From assembly GCA_963753345.1 (NCBI GenBank), contig CAVWBU010000032.1, forward strand, positions 96,001 to 160,000: 64,000 nucleotides of DNA, read 5' to 3'. This DNA comes from an uncultured Fibrobacterota bacterium (GTDB lineage Bacteria > Fibrobacterota > Chitinivibrionia > Chitinivibrionales > FEN-1185). The notes under the pieces are model-generated. The model worked only from the letters and a program-made list of their open reading frames with translations. It made no database searches and was not told where the DNA came from. The translations under genes and the position numbers were made by a program. Below are positions 1-8,685 of this stretch, piece after piece; position 1 is the stretch's first letter, and each line of letters begins with the position of its first letter.

Positions 1-2
1 GG

Positions 3-761
3 CGCGACGCAGGGTACAAGGCTCAGACAAGCCCCAACGGCAAGCCCGTATTCTGGGGGCCGGGCGAGGCGTGGGTGCTCGGAGGCCTGTCCCGCGTGCT
101 CAAGTACATGACGGTGACGTACCCGAAACGGGATACGCTGGCAGGGCAGTTTCGCGAGCAGTGCGCCGCGATTGTCCCCCTTCAGCAGGGCGACGGCCTG
201 TGGACCACGAGTCTTCTTGACACGGTCGACTTTCCCGACCACGAGACGAGCTGCACCGCGTTTTTCTGTTGTGCCATGGCGTGGGGCATCAACAACGGCG
301 TGCTTGACAAAGCGACATTCGACGCGCCGCTGAGAAAGGCCTGGAGCGGCCTCGTGCGCAACGTGAGCGCGGCTGACGGCAGGTTGCAGCGGTGCCAGGG
401 CGTCGCCTCGGCGCCGGGAAGCGTGGATGTGAGCAATTCGAGCGCCGAGGGCGAGGGTGGGTTCTTGCTTGCTGCGGAGGAAATGTACAAATACGTGACG
501 AGCGCGGCGGGGTCCGTTGTGCACGTTACGCATAAGCCACCGGCTGCACACCAGACCGCAGCGATCCGCGTCATTAATGTCTCGCATTCAAGAACGACCT
601 TTTGTGTGCCGGAAAACGTTTCGGGATTTGCGGTCTATGATGTCACCGGCAGATTGTTGTGCTCTCGAACTATTGCCAAAACAGAGAAGCCGGCCAAGGT
701 ATCTTTGAGTGACAGGGATATCCCGGAAACAATCTATTATGTGAGGTTTTTGATAAAGTAA
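3..761 (+). CDS. Glycoside hydrolase family 105/88 protein with C-terminal secretion-signal-like domain (5' truncated by window edge)
   Basis: Frame is open from position 3 (…PNGKPVFWGPGEAWVLGGL). Motifs DGLW and ETSCTAFF…AMAWG are typical of GH105. C-terminal VYDVTGR…YYVRF tail. Confidence 0.8.
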   Translation, partial: RDAGYKAQTSPNGKPVFWGPGEAWVLGGLSRVLKYMTVTYPKRDTLAGQFREQCAAIVPLQQGDGLWTTSLLDTVDFPDHETSCTAFFCCAMAWGINNGVLDKATFDAPLRKAWSGLVRNVSAADGRLQRCQGVASAPGSVDVSNSSAEGEGGFLLAAEEMYKYVTSAAGSVVHVTHKPPAAHQTAAIRVINVSHSRTTFCVPENVSGFAVYDVTGRLLCSRTIAKTEKPAKVSLSDRDIPETIYYVRFLIK

Positions 762-774
762 TAAGGGGGATCGC

Positions 775-2097
775 ATGAGAAATGCATTTCGATCAACTGC
801 AGCTCTCGTTTCGCTCTTGTTAATGGCGCAAATGACAAGTGCCGACGAGTTCTCGCCCGACAGCATCAAGAGCATTATGCGGAAGGTGGCGAACTACAGC
901 TTCCAGCAATATGGCGGTGGAACAGCGGCCGGAATCAACAGAAACTGGGATGGCGGCACCATCATGACGGGCATCACGGGCCTGTATCGCACCACAAAAG
1001 AGCAGCAATGGCTCGACAGCATTGACAAGTGGGGGAATGGCTGGAACTGGACGTGGGGCGGCGGGACGGGCGACAACCTGTGCTGCATCCAGACGTTCTG
1101 CGAACGGTACATCGTGGACTCCGTCCCTGCCAATGCCTCCAAATATCAGGTCTCAAAAACCGCGCTCGACGGAATCCTGCAACAGCCCGTCAACCATCTT
1201 TTCGGATGGCAGGACGCGGTGTATATGGGTCTGCCGGATTTTTCCATGATGGGGTACATTACCGGAAGTCCCATGTACTACGATTCCCTCAACATCATGT
1301 TCCGGGGGGCGGAAAAAGATTTCCAGGACACCACCTACAAGCTCTGGTACTGGAATACGCTTCCGGCATTCAAGAAAACACCCGACGGCTATCCGCAGTT
1401 CTGGGGGCCGGGAAACGCCTGGGTGCTGGGCGGGCTTGTGCGCGCGCTCAAGTACATGCCGGCGAATTCAAAGTACAGGCCGGCATGGATAGCTACCTTC
1501 AAGACATTCTGCGACACCATCCGCAGCAAGCAGCAGCCGGACGGCATGTGGCGCACAAGCCTGTTCGAGCCGACCGAATTTCCGAACCCGGAATCGAGTT
1601 GCACCTCGTTTTTCGCCTACGCGATGGCGCTTGGCGTGTCGTGGGGAATTCTGGACACCAACACGTTTGTCCCGACCATTCGAAAGGCCTGGTCCGCGCT
1701 TGTCAAGGTTGTGGACACGAACGGGAGGGTCGGCTACGGTCAGCCGTGGAGCAATCAGCCGGGCAGCCCGACCATGGGCACTTCAATTCCGGAAGGCCAT
1801 GGCGCGTTTCTTCTGGCAGGGGAGGGCGTTGCCCTGATTGCGAATATTTCAACGTCGGTTGCCTCAGGAAACAACGGTGGGATTCATGGGCTAAGGATTT
1901 CCGGATCGGCAGGAAAATGGATACTTGTCTCGCGGACACACAGAAACGTTACCCTTCCGCCGGACGCAAAAGGAGCGGAAGTGTTCAGCATGAGCGGAGC
2001 GAGAATCTGCAGGATCGACAACTGCGGCCCGGCCCGCAGTTCCGTGCCTTCCTCTATGGCAACGGACGGTGTCTATTTTGTCAAATACCTGAAATAG
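775..2097 (+). CDS. Secreted glycoside hydrolase family 105/88 protein (unsaturated glycuronyl hydrolase-like)
   Basis: Signal peptide; WQDAVYMG, FWGPGNAWVLGGL, QQPDGMW and ESSCTSFF motifs; C-terminal VFSMSG…GVYFVK tail; GGGGGA RBS upstream. Confidence 0.82.
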   Translation: MRNAFRSTAALVSLLLMAQMTSADEFSPDSIKSIMRKVANYSFQQYGGGTAAGINRNWDGGTIMTGITGLYRTTKEQQWLDSIDKWGNGWNWTWGGGTGDNLCCIQTFCERYIVDSVPANASKYQVSKTALDGILQQPVNHLFGWQDAVYMGLPDFSMMGYITGSPMYYDSLNIMFRGAEKDFQDTTYKLWYWNTLPAFKKTPDGYPQFWGPGNAWVLGGLVRALKYMPANSKYRPAWIATFKTFCDTIRSKQQPDGMWRTSLFEPTEFPNPESSCTSFFAYAMALGVSWGILDTNTFVPTIRKAWSALVKVVDTNGRVGYGQPWSNQPGSPTMGTSIPEGHGAFLLAGEGVALIANISTSVASGNNGGIHGLRISGSAGKWILVSRTHRNVTLPPDAKGAEVFSMSGARICRIDNCGPARSSVPSSMATDGVYFVKYLK

Positions 2098-2120
2098 CGG
2101 GAAGCTATTCAGGGGGATAG

Positions 2121-2149
2121 GCGGATGGGCTTGTCATCCGCTTTTTTTT
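2121..2149 (+). terminator. Intrinsic terminator
   Basis: GCGGATG-ggcttgt-CATCCGC stem-loop followed by T8, downstream of the GH105 pair. Confidence 0.85.
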
Positions 2150-2241
2150 GATCTGAAGCTGAAGTGGCGCTGCCCAGTCTCATTTCGTATTTTATCATCA
2201 CCCACTCAAGGCCGCATCCATCACCAAAGGACTACAGCACC

Positions 2242-2949
2242 ATGTCCGAACCCTGGCACGACATAGACGATCCGGGCTATTTTAAGAAACCCGAAAAGAA
2301 AGGCGCGGCCTCCGCGAAAGAGGCCGACGATTCCCCCGCAGCGGAGAAGGCGAACAGCATCGTAACATTGTCCGATGCGAAATTCGTTCCGCCCGACGGC
2401 GGGATCGACTTCAACGACACGTGCCCGGCCCAGGTGTCGGTCGCGTACAAGGAGCAAACTTCGCAAACGCGGGTCACGTTCAAATTGTTCTGCACGTACA
2501 ACGGCGAGCAGGTCGATCTCAAGCACAAGGTGGACGCCAACGAAAGCGGCGGCACGGCCGAAGCGCAGCTTACGCTTTACTATCCCGACGATTACAGCGA
2601 CGGCTCGGTGGACTATTTCTTTACCGCGGAACATTCGCGTGCCGATAAGGCCGCACAAAGCGCCGTGCTCACCCTGCCGTATTCCCCGGCCGTCATCGTT
2701 GTCCGCCTTCCGGACGGAGACAATGCTTCCGCATGCGACAACGACTCGCTCAGGCTTTTCAGCACCGATTCGGCCGCTTCCTACAGCCGGACCATGGCAT
2801 TTTCCGACGGTGTGAAGCGCGACGGCGCCGTGGAGTTCGAGTTCGACGATGTCAAGGCCGGTTTGACCTATGCGCTGGAAATCAAAATTGACGGCAAGGA
2901 CGCCTGTCCTGTGTTCGAAGACCTTTCATGCGGGAACGGTGCCGCATAA
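2242..2949 (+). CDS. Hypothetical acidic, beta-rich protein
   Basis: Long ORF with host-like codon usage; ATG at 2242 (MSEPWHD); no family recognised. Confidence 0.7.
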   Translation: MSEPWHDIDDPGYFKKPEKKGAASAKEADDSPAAEKANSIVTLSDAKFVPPDGGIDFNDTCPAQVSVAYKEQTSQTRVTFKLFCTYNGEQVDLKHKVDANESGGTAEAQLTLYYPDDYSDGSVDYFFTAEHSRADKAAQSAVLTLPYSPAVIVVRLPDGDNASACDNDSLRLFSTDSAASYSRTMAFSDGVKRDGAVEFEFDDVKAGLTYALEIKIDGKDACPVFEDLSCGNGAA

Positions 2950-2991
2950 AAGGTTTCTCTCTGCGCGGGTTCGCGCAATAGCAGAAAGAGC

Positions 2992-3020
2992 AAGAGCGGC
3001 CTCATGCGACGGCCGCTCTT
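2992..3020. terminator. Hairpin between convergent genes (likely bidirectional terminator)
   Basis: AAGAGCGGCC-tcatgcgac-GGCCGCTCTT. Confidence 0.6.
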
Positions 3021-3050
3021 TCTATTGACGGACAGGAACCTGCCGCCGTG

Positions 3051-3629
3051 CTAGGGCAGCGGCGGCAGCGGGGGCACCGGCGGCACGGGCGCTTCGCCCG
3101 GCCTCGGGGGCCGCACCCTTCCCGGAGCCGGCGGCGGAGGGGGTACAGGCAGATCACCGGGCGCTGTAATCCGCACATGTACGGACGGCGGAGGCGGGGC
3201 AGGCGGTTCACCGGCAGTCACGGTCACGTGAACGCTTGGTGAGGGAGCGGGTTCGGACACATTCTCCGCCGCAATCGGAATACATTCGACAACACGGTTG
3301 GTCCGCCTTTCAACCCTTACGATCTGGTCTCCCGCGACATACAGCCGGAATCCGGGACGAGACGGCGGGAGCAGGGGCACGAGTTCAGGCGGGAGCGGCT
3401 CGAAGCGCCGCACGACAAAGGCCGGAGCCGGTTCGCCTACCACAATGTTCACATGCGCGAATCTTCGTGCGCGCCCGTGTCTGTGCCGACCGTAGTATTT
3501 GAAGATCACATCCCTGTCGCCGTCGGAGAACCGCTCAACCGCGACCCTCTTTTCAACGACAACCGCCACGCGACCGAAGGCGCCGGTGCACAGGCCCAGG
3601 CAGAGAAGAATGATAAACATGCGCTTCAT
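3051..3629 (-). CDS. Exported proline-rich protein (RcnB-like core)
   Basis: AGGAG RBS; signal peptide MKRMFIILLCLGLCTGAFG; PLPPELVPLLPP…YVAGDQIVRV core; Pro-rich tail. Confidence 0.65.
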   Translation of the reverse strand: MKRMFIILLCLGLCTGAFGRVAVVVEKRVAVERFSDGDRDVIFKYYGRHRHGRARRFAHVNIVVGEPAPAFVVRRFEPLPPELVPLLPPSRPGFRLYVAGDQIVRVERRTNRVVECIPIAAENVSEPAPSPSVHVTVTAGEPPAPPPPSVHVRITAPGDLPVPPPPPAPGRVRPPRPGEAPVPPVPPLPPLP

Positions 3630-3703
3630 AGGGTACTCCTTGTTGGGGTGATTGTCACAAAAATAAATCGGGAAACCAGGAAGATCGTGCTTGGGATCGT
3701 TGT

Positions 3704-4195
3704 TCATAAGGGTTTTGCCTGCGCAAGGACTGCTTCCATCGCCACCTTGAGCACCACCTTGCGCACCTGCGCGTCCTGGCCGTGCGAGCATTGCGGCCGG
3801 TGGATCTCTCCGGGGAACAGAATCGCGTACATACCGCTTGTCAATACATAATCGGTTTCGTTCGGAACGTTTCTGTAGGTGACCGTGTCTTTGCCTGCCG
3901 TGAGGTCTTCCAGGATTTCCCCGGTGCTGCCCGCCGGAGCGAACCCGATTATTTCCGAGCCGCTGTGCACGTACTGAACGTCTATGTATTTGGTGTGCGA
4001 CTCCGCCTTCTTCTGAGACTTGGGCAGCGTACGGTATTCCTGGACAAGCGCGAACATCTCCGGACCGTCGATTTCAAACCTGCCGGGCGCCACTATGGAG
4101 AAATCCGTGTTCCTGAGGTAGGTGAGTCCCTTGACAATGAGCGGCGGCAGAACCGGAGCATCGCGGTCAAGGCAGGCAAGGCTGCTTAGAAACAT
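3704..4195 (-). CDS. YhcH/YjgK/YiaL family protein
   Basis: ESHTKYIDVQY, FPGEIHRP and VRKVVLKV motifs. Confidence 0.9.
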   Translation of the reverse strand: MFLSSLACLDRDAPVLPPLIVKGLTYLRNTDFSIVAPGRFEIDGPEMFALVQEYRTLPKSQKKAESHTKYIDVQYVHSGSEIIGFAPAGSTGEILEDLTAGKDTVTYRNVPNETDYVLTSGMYAILFPGEIHRPQCSHGQDAQVRKVVLKVAMEAVLAQAKPL

Positions 4196-4483
4196 AGGAA
4201 GAGTTCTTGGTTGATGATGAATGATATTGCAAGCTTGGTCAGCCAAACTTGTCATGGTGATGAAAATAGTTTCGTCGCAGACTGGTTGATGGCCGAGTCT
4301 ACGATTGCGTCTACTAGGTCCTAACCGTTTTCGTGTGAACTTCATCCCGTTATTATCACCAAATGTATTTTGTGTAGGGCAAGATTTGCAAGAAAGAGAC
4401 TTCCGCCGCGGGTATCCAGAAGGTGGTCACCTTTGGAAACTAGTTGGCGCAAAATAGATTGGTTTGCTGATAAGAATTCCGTT

Positions 4484-4650
4484 GCCGCGCGTTAGGTGGA
4501 CCGAAGGGTGAGCAAGAGCGAATTGCCGGCCGACCCTCCCCGAAGGGGACTACGGGCGGTCCGGCAACGAGGCGGACGGCCGAGCCCGCAGGGAGACCGA
4601 CCCTTGGTTGGGGCGCCTGGTCCTGCGCTCCAACCAAGGGGAACGCCCAA
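4484..4650 (+). repeat. Structured intergenic repeat, module A copy 1
   Basis: GCCGCGCGTTAGG…GGGGAACGCCCAA; close homologue of 24208-24348. Confidence 0.9.
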
Positions 4651-4688
4651 TTCTTCCTGCTTTGTCAAAAGAACTCCTAGAGGTACTC

Positions 4689-5399
4689 ATGCCTTCCCCC
4701 ATCATTACAAGCATCCGTAAATCGCTCAGGCAAAGCAGCAGCGAAAAGACCAGAAGGACCGCGGAAACGTTCTTCAGGGAAAAGGCGAAATTTCACGGCG
4801 CGCCTTCCGCGGCATATCGGAAAATAGGACGCGAGCATTTCGCACAGGTGAAGAAGCTGGACAAGCGTGAGATCCTCTCCCTGTGCGAAGAGTTGTTGCA
4901 ATCCGGATATGTCGAAGAGGCGATCATCGCGTACGAATGGGCCGACCGGCTGCGCTCCTCGTTTACGGAATCGGATTTCACCGTGTTTGAACGGTGGCTC
5001 AGGAAGTACGTGAGCAACTGGGCCGAATGCGACACCCTGTGCAACCATGCGGTGGGATCGTTTGTGGAACAGTATCCTGCCTTTGTCAATCGCCTCAAGA
5101 TCTGGGCGAAATCGGGCAGCAGATGGTTCAGGCGCGCTGCGGCCGTGACGCTCGTTCTTCCCGCGCGCCGCGGGAAATTCCTTGCGGACGTTTTTGAGAT
5201 CGCCGGCATTCTCCTGGCCGACAGCGACGATCTCGTGCAAAAGGGGTACGGCTGGATGCTCAAAGAGGCAAGCAAGCTTCATCCGAAGGAAGTGTTCGAT
5301 TTCATCATGAAGCGCAGAACGGCGATTCCGCGGACCGCCTTGCGTTATGCAATTGAAAAGATGCCCCGTTCCATGAGGAAAAAGGCGATGGAGCGATGA
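4689..5399 (+). CDS. DNA alkylation repair protein (AlkD-like)
   Basis: NWAECD, W-RRAA, DDLVQKGYGWMLKE and RTALRYAIEK motifs. Confidence 0.9.
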   Translation: MPSPIITSIRKSLRQSSSEKTRRTAETFFREKAKFHGAPSAAYRKIGREHFAQVKKLDKREILSLCEELLQSGYVEEAIIAYEWADRLRSSFTESDFTVFERWLRKYVSNWAECDTLCNHAVGSFVEQYPAFVNRLKIWAKSGSRWFRRAAAVTLVLPARRGKFLADVFEIAGILLADSDDLVQKGYGWMLKEASKLHPKEVFDFIMKRRTAIPRTALRYAIEKMPRSMRKKAMER

Positions 5400-5528
5400 A
5401 GGGGAAGACCTAGGCGGCGGCGCCTTATCGGATTCTTCAGCCTGATTTTTTTTGAGCAAAAATCCCGTTTTTATTATATACTAACGGTATCAACATTTGC
5501 GTATCCACCTCAGGAAGGAGTCATTCGC

Positions 5529-6284
5529 ATGCCCATAGCATTTCTCCGCGCATCCGCCATTTTGGTTGTCCCGCTGTTGTTTTTTCTCATGGACGTCAAT
5601 TGCACCGTCACAAGCCAACCGACAACCCCGACGTCCCTTGCAACGCCGTCGTATCCGTACACCGCCGCGGCCGGCGAGTCCGACACCGTGTCGTGGGACC
5701 TGGTGCAGGGCGCAACCTCCTACACGCTGTACTATACAACCGACGAGAGTTTCCCAACCTTGTCGTCGCCTCGTATTTCGGTGGGGGCGGCGACGGTTTT
5801 CGTGCATAAAAGTCTTGACCCGACGTTGACGTACACCTATTGCGTTCAGGCGGCGGGCGGGGGCAGGGTAAGCGATCTTTCCGACGAAAGCTACGGGGTG
5901 CAGCCGCTGCCCATGATCCATGCCACCATTACCTTCGACAGCTACGCGGATGCGGATGTGGGTTTCATGTATTTCCTGATCGGGATTGACACCAACGGTA
6001 ACTACGTACCCACTGCCGGCACAAGACGGACCGTGGCCGGATTCACCGATGGCTACGGCAGCGCGACGTTCAACGTCACGGTCGATCACGACAATCTTTG
6101 GGGGTATTCGACATTCGAGGACTTGGACGGCAACGGGCTTCTGTCGACCGGCGACATGGTGTGGGGCAACGACACGAGCGCCGGCCATTATGGATATTTT
6201 TACTGGACGTCACAGTTCACATCGAGCAAAACCTTTTCCAAATCGTTTGACGAGGCGTTCGCCTCATTGCCGCATGTCTACTGA
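5529..6284 (+). CDS. Exported fibronectin type III domain protein
   Basis: Hydrophobic N-terminus; VSWDLVQGATSYTLYY…YTYCVQA FN3 pattern; AAGGAG RBS. Confidence 0.65.
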   Translation: MPIAFLRASAILVVPLLFFLMDVNCTVTSQPTTPTSLATPSYPYTAAAGESDTVSWDLVQGATSYTLYYTTDESFPTLSSPRISVGAATVFVHKSLDPTLTYTYCVQAAGGGRVSDLSDESYGVQPLPMIHATITFDSYADADVGFMYFLIGIDTNGNYVPTAGTRRTVAGFTDGYGSATFNVTVDHDNLWGYSTFEDLDGNGLLSTGDMVWGNDTSAGHYGYFYWTSQFTSSKTFSKSFDEAFASLPHVY

Positions 6285-6330
6285 ACCGTCCATATGGGTA
6301 TGTTGACAAATTAAGAAAACATCGAGACGT

Positions 6331-6495
6331 CTACGCCGTCAGCCTGAATGCGACATAAATGCCGAGCAGTGCCCCAACCATGCTGCCGATCAGCGTGCCT
6401 GCCGAAATCGCGCCGGCCCCGAACAGCGTCGGCGCGTAGCCGCCGATGAGCGAGCCCGCCACCATTCCGAACATTATCATTGTTTTTCGCGACAT
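6331..6495 (-). CDS. Small glycine-zipper membrane protein (54 aa)
   Basis: MSRKTMIMFGMVAGSLIGGY…GSMVGALLGIY; two hydrophobic segments. Confidence 0.7.
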   Translation of the reverse strand: MSRKTMIMFGMVAGSLIGGYAPTLFGAGAISAGTLIGSMVGALLGIYVAFRLTA

Positions 6496-6594
6496 GTTTC
6501 CTTGGCTCCGATCTCTGCCAATAATTAATAATAGTTCTGGTGGGGACACTAATGAGTAATCTTAAAAAAGAATAGGGCGTTCCCCGCAAGACAA

Positions 6595-6654
6595 AAGAAG
6601 AGTTGGGCGCCCCGCGGCTTCGCCGCAGCGAGGGGGATACTTCCCCCGCCAACA
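6595..6654 (-). repeat. Minimal composite repeat: B outer end fused directly to A outer end
   Basis: Reverse complement of 6622-6654 matches 23874-23906 at 32/33 nt, then continues GAAGCCGCGGGGCGCCCAACTCTTCTT like the end of module A. A second A-end copy lies at 6568-6587. Confidence 0.85.
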
Positions 6655-6662
6655 ACTTTTTG

Positions 6663-8108
6663 TTATTGATTATTATCTTTTGTCAATTCCTGGGCCGCAA
6701 ACCCTAATTTCAGCAGTGTGTCTTCCCGCCATTTCGGAGCCATAAACTGCACGCCCACGGGAATGCCGTTGCTTTTTCCGCACGGGACCGAGATCCCCGG
6801 TATGCCAGCAAGGTTTGCCGAAACGGTGTAGATGTCGGTGAGGTACATCTGGAGCGGGTCGTCGCACTTTTCGCCGATTTTGAACGCGGGCGTCGCGGCG
6901 ACAGGGGAGACGACGGCGTCGCATTTCGTAAACGCGGCGTCGAAGTCGCGGCCGATAAGGGTGCGCACCCGCGCGGCCTTGAGGTAGTAGGCGTCGTAGT
7001 AGCCCGAGGACAGCACGTAGGCGCCGAGCATGATGCGGCGCTTGACTTCCGCGCCGAACCCTTCGCGCCGCGTGGTCTGATACATGTCGACAAGGGATTT
7101 AGGGTCAGCCGAGCGGTACCCGTACTTGACGCCGTCGTACCGTGCGAGGTTGCTCGAGGCTTCCGCGGTGCAAATAATATAGTAGGTGGCGATACCGTAC
7201 CCGAGATTGGGCAGTGAGACATGGGCCGTTTTACAGCCCGAGGCCTTGAGCTTGTCAAGAAGCGACTCTATGGGGCCGCGTACCTCGGCCGACAGGCCTT
7301 CGCCGAAGTATTCTTTGGGAACGCCCACCGTGATGCTGCTCGCGCCGCCTGTGTAAAGGTCATTGGTGTTTGCAAATTGATTGCCCGCGCAGGTGGAGTC
7401 GCGTTTGTCGGGCACCGAGAGCACCTCAAGAAGAAGGCCGATGTCCCGCACGTCCGCGGCAATGGGCCCTATCTGATCGAGCGACGACGCGAACGCCACA
7501 AGGCCGTACCGCGACACGCGTCCGTAGGTCGGCTTGAGTCCGACGCTGCCGCAATGGCAGCACGGCTGGCGAATGGAACCGCCCGTGTCGGACCCGAGCG
7601 CCAGCGGCACAAGGCCGGCCGCAACCGCGGCGGCGCTGCCGCCGCTCGAGCCGCCCGGGATGCGGCCGGGGTCGTTGGGGTTTTTTGTGGGGCCGAAATA
7701 GGAGTTCTCGGTGCTCGAGCCCATGGCGAATTCGTCAAGGTTCGTTTTTCCCACAATAACGGCGCCCGCGGCCAGGAGCGCCTCCGCGACGGTCGCGTTG
7801 TAGGGCGGAACAAAATTTTCAAGGATTTTTGACGCGCACGTTGTGGTGACGCCCTCGGTGCATATATTGTCCTTGACGGCGACCGGAATGCCGCACAGCG
7901 GCATCGTCTTCTTGACGTCTGCGGAAAGGGTGTCTATGAAATCGGCGCGCAAAAGCGCTGCTTCGGGCTGCACCGAGATGAACGAATGGAGATCCTTATC
8001 GCGGCCGGCGATGCGGCCGAGGGCGGTCGAGACGAGTTCGCGGCTGGATACCTTGCCGTGTGCGCATTTCGCAACAACGCCCGACACGGGCTCGTCGAAG
8101 AAGTTCAT
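6663..8108 (-). CDS. gatA: Asp-tRNA(Asn)/Glu-tRNA(Gln) amidotransferase subunit A
   Basis: GKTNLDEFAMGSS, GGSSGGSA, GSDTGGSIRQP, EASSNLARYDG and EVKRRIMLG motifs. Alternative start at 8138. Confidence 0.97.
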   Translation of the reverse strand: MNFFDEPVSGVVAKCAHGKVSSRELVSTALGRIAGRDKDLHSFISVQPEAALLRADFIDTLSADVKKTMPLCGIPVAVKDNICTEGVTTTCASKILENFVPPYNATVAEALLAAGAVIVGKTNLDEFAMGSSTENSYFGPTKNPNDPGRIPGGSSGGSAAAVAAGLVPLALGSDTGGSIRQPCCHCGSVGLKPTYGRVSRYGLVAFASSLDQIGPIAADVRDIGLLLEVLSVPDKRDSTCAGNQFANTNDLYTGGASSITVGVPKEYFGEGLSAEVRGPIESLLDKLKASGCKTAHVSLPNLGYGIATYYIICTAEASSNLARYDGVKYGYRSADPKSLVDMYQTTRREGFGAEVKRRIMLGAYVLSSGYYDAYYLKAARVRTLIGRDFDAAFTKCDAVVSPVAATPAFKIGEKCDDPLQMYLTDIYTVSANLAGIPGISVPCGKSNGIPVGVQFMAPKWREDTLLKLGFAAQELTKDNNQ

Positions 8109-8125
8109 GGGGCGGTTCCCGGGGT

Positions 8126-8425
8126 TTACTTGTACCACCTGAACAGGTAGAGGCTCACGAAAACGCCGATGATCGAAAGCAGGTTGAATTTCATCTGGAA
8201 ACCGAGCTGGAACTTGATTGCCGCAATATCGATGAGCAGCGGCTTGTTGTTCACGAAATCACCGAATCCGAAGGAGATGAAATTATAGGTGAAGAACGTC
8301 TTGACCACGTTGTTGCCGCCCGGAATAAGGGCGAAGAGCGTGCCGAGATACGCGCCGATGAGAATGCCCACAATAACGAGGAGCACCAGCGTCCATATGT
8401 TTCTGTCCTTGAGGCCGATGGCCAT
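8126..8425 (-). CDS. DUF4321-like membrane protein
   Basis: 99 aa with two hydrophobic ends; IDIAAIKFQLGFQMKFNLLSIIG pattern. Confidence 0.75.
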   Translation of the reverse strand: MAIGLKDRNIWTLVLLVIVGILIGAYLGTLFALIPGGNNVVKTFFTYNFISFGFGDFVNNKPLLIDIAAIKFQLGFQMKFNLLSIIGVFVSLYLFRWYK

Positions 8426-8652
8426 GGCGTATTCCTTTTTTTATGTTGATAAAAGGATGATGCGCACGAATCCAGGCGCGGACGGTTCGGTGGTTTTGGG
8501 ACCGATATAGAATATAATTCTTCTGCCGTTGATCCACCCGGCCTTGGAAAGCCGGATCATGAAAAAGAACTTCACCACAGAGGCACGGAGAACACGGAGA
8601 AAGAAGATCAAGTCAAGGACAAGTACGAGATCGTTGATGCATTTGTCTTGCT

Positions 8653-8673
8653 GTCAACCGTCAACTGTCAACC
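8653..8673. repeat. Heptamer tandem repeat (GTCAACY x3)
   Basis: gtcaacc gtcaact gtcaacc, just past the protease stop codon. Confidence 0.7.
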
Positions 8674-8685
8674 ATTGGCTTTGTT

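Noticed and set aside
4484-4500. Module A start GCGTTAGG as an integron attC core (GTTRRRY)
   Set aside because: There is no complementary RYYYAAC at a suitable distance, no tandem cassette array, and copies occur in both orientations. The tyrosine recombinase looks like plain XerC without an evident IntI-specific insertion.
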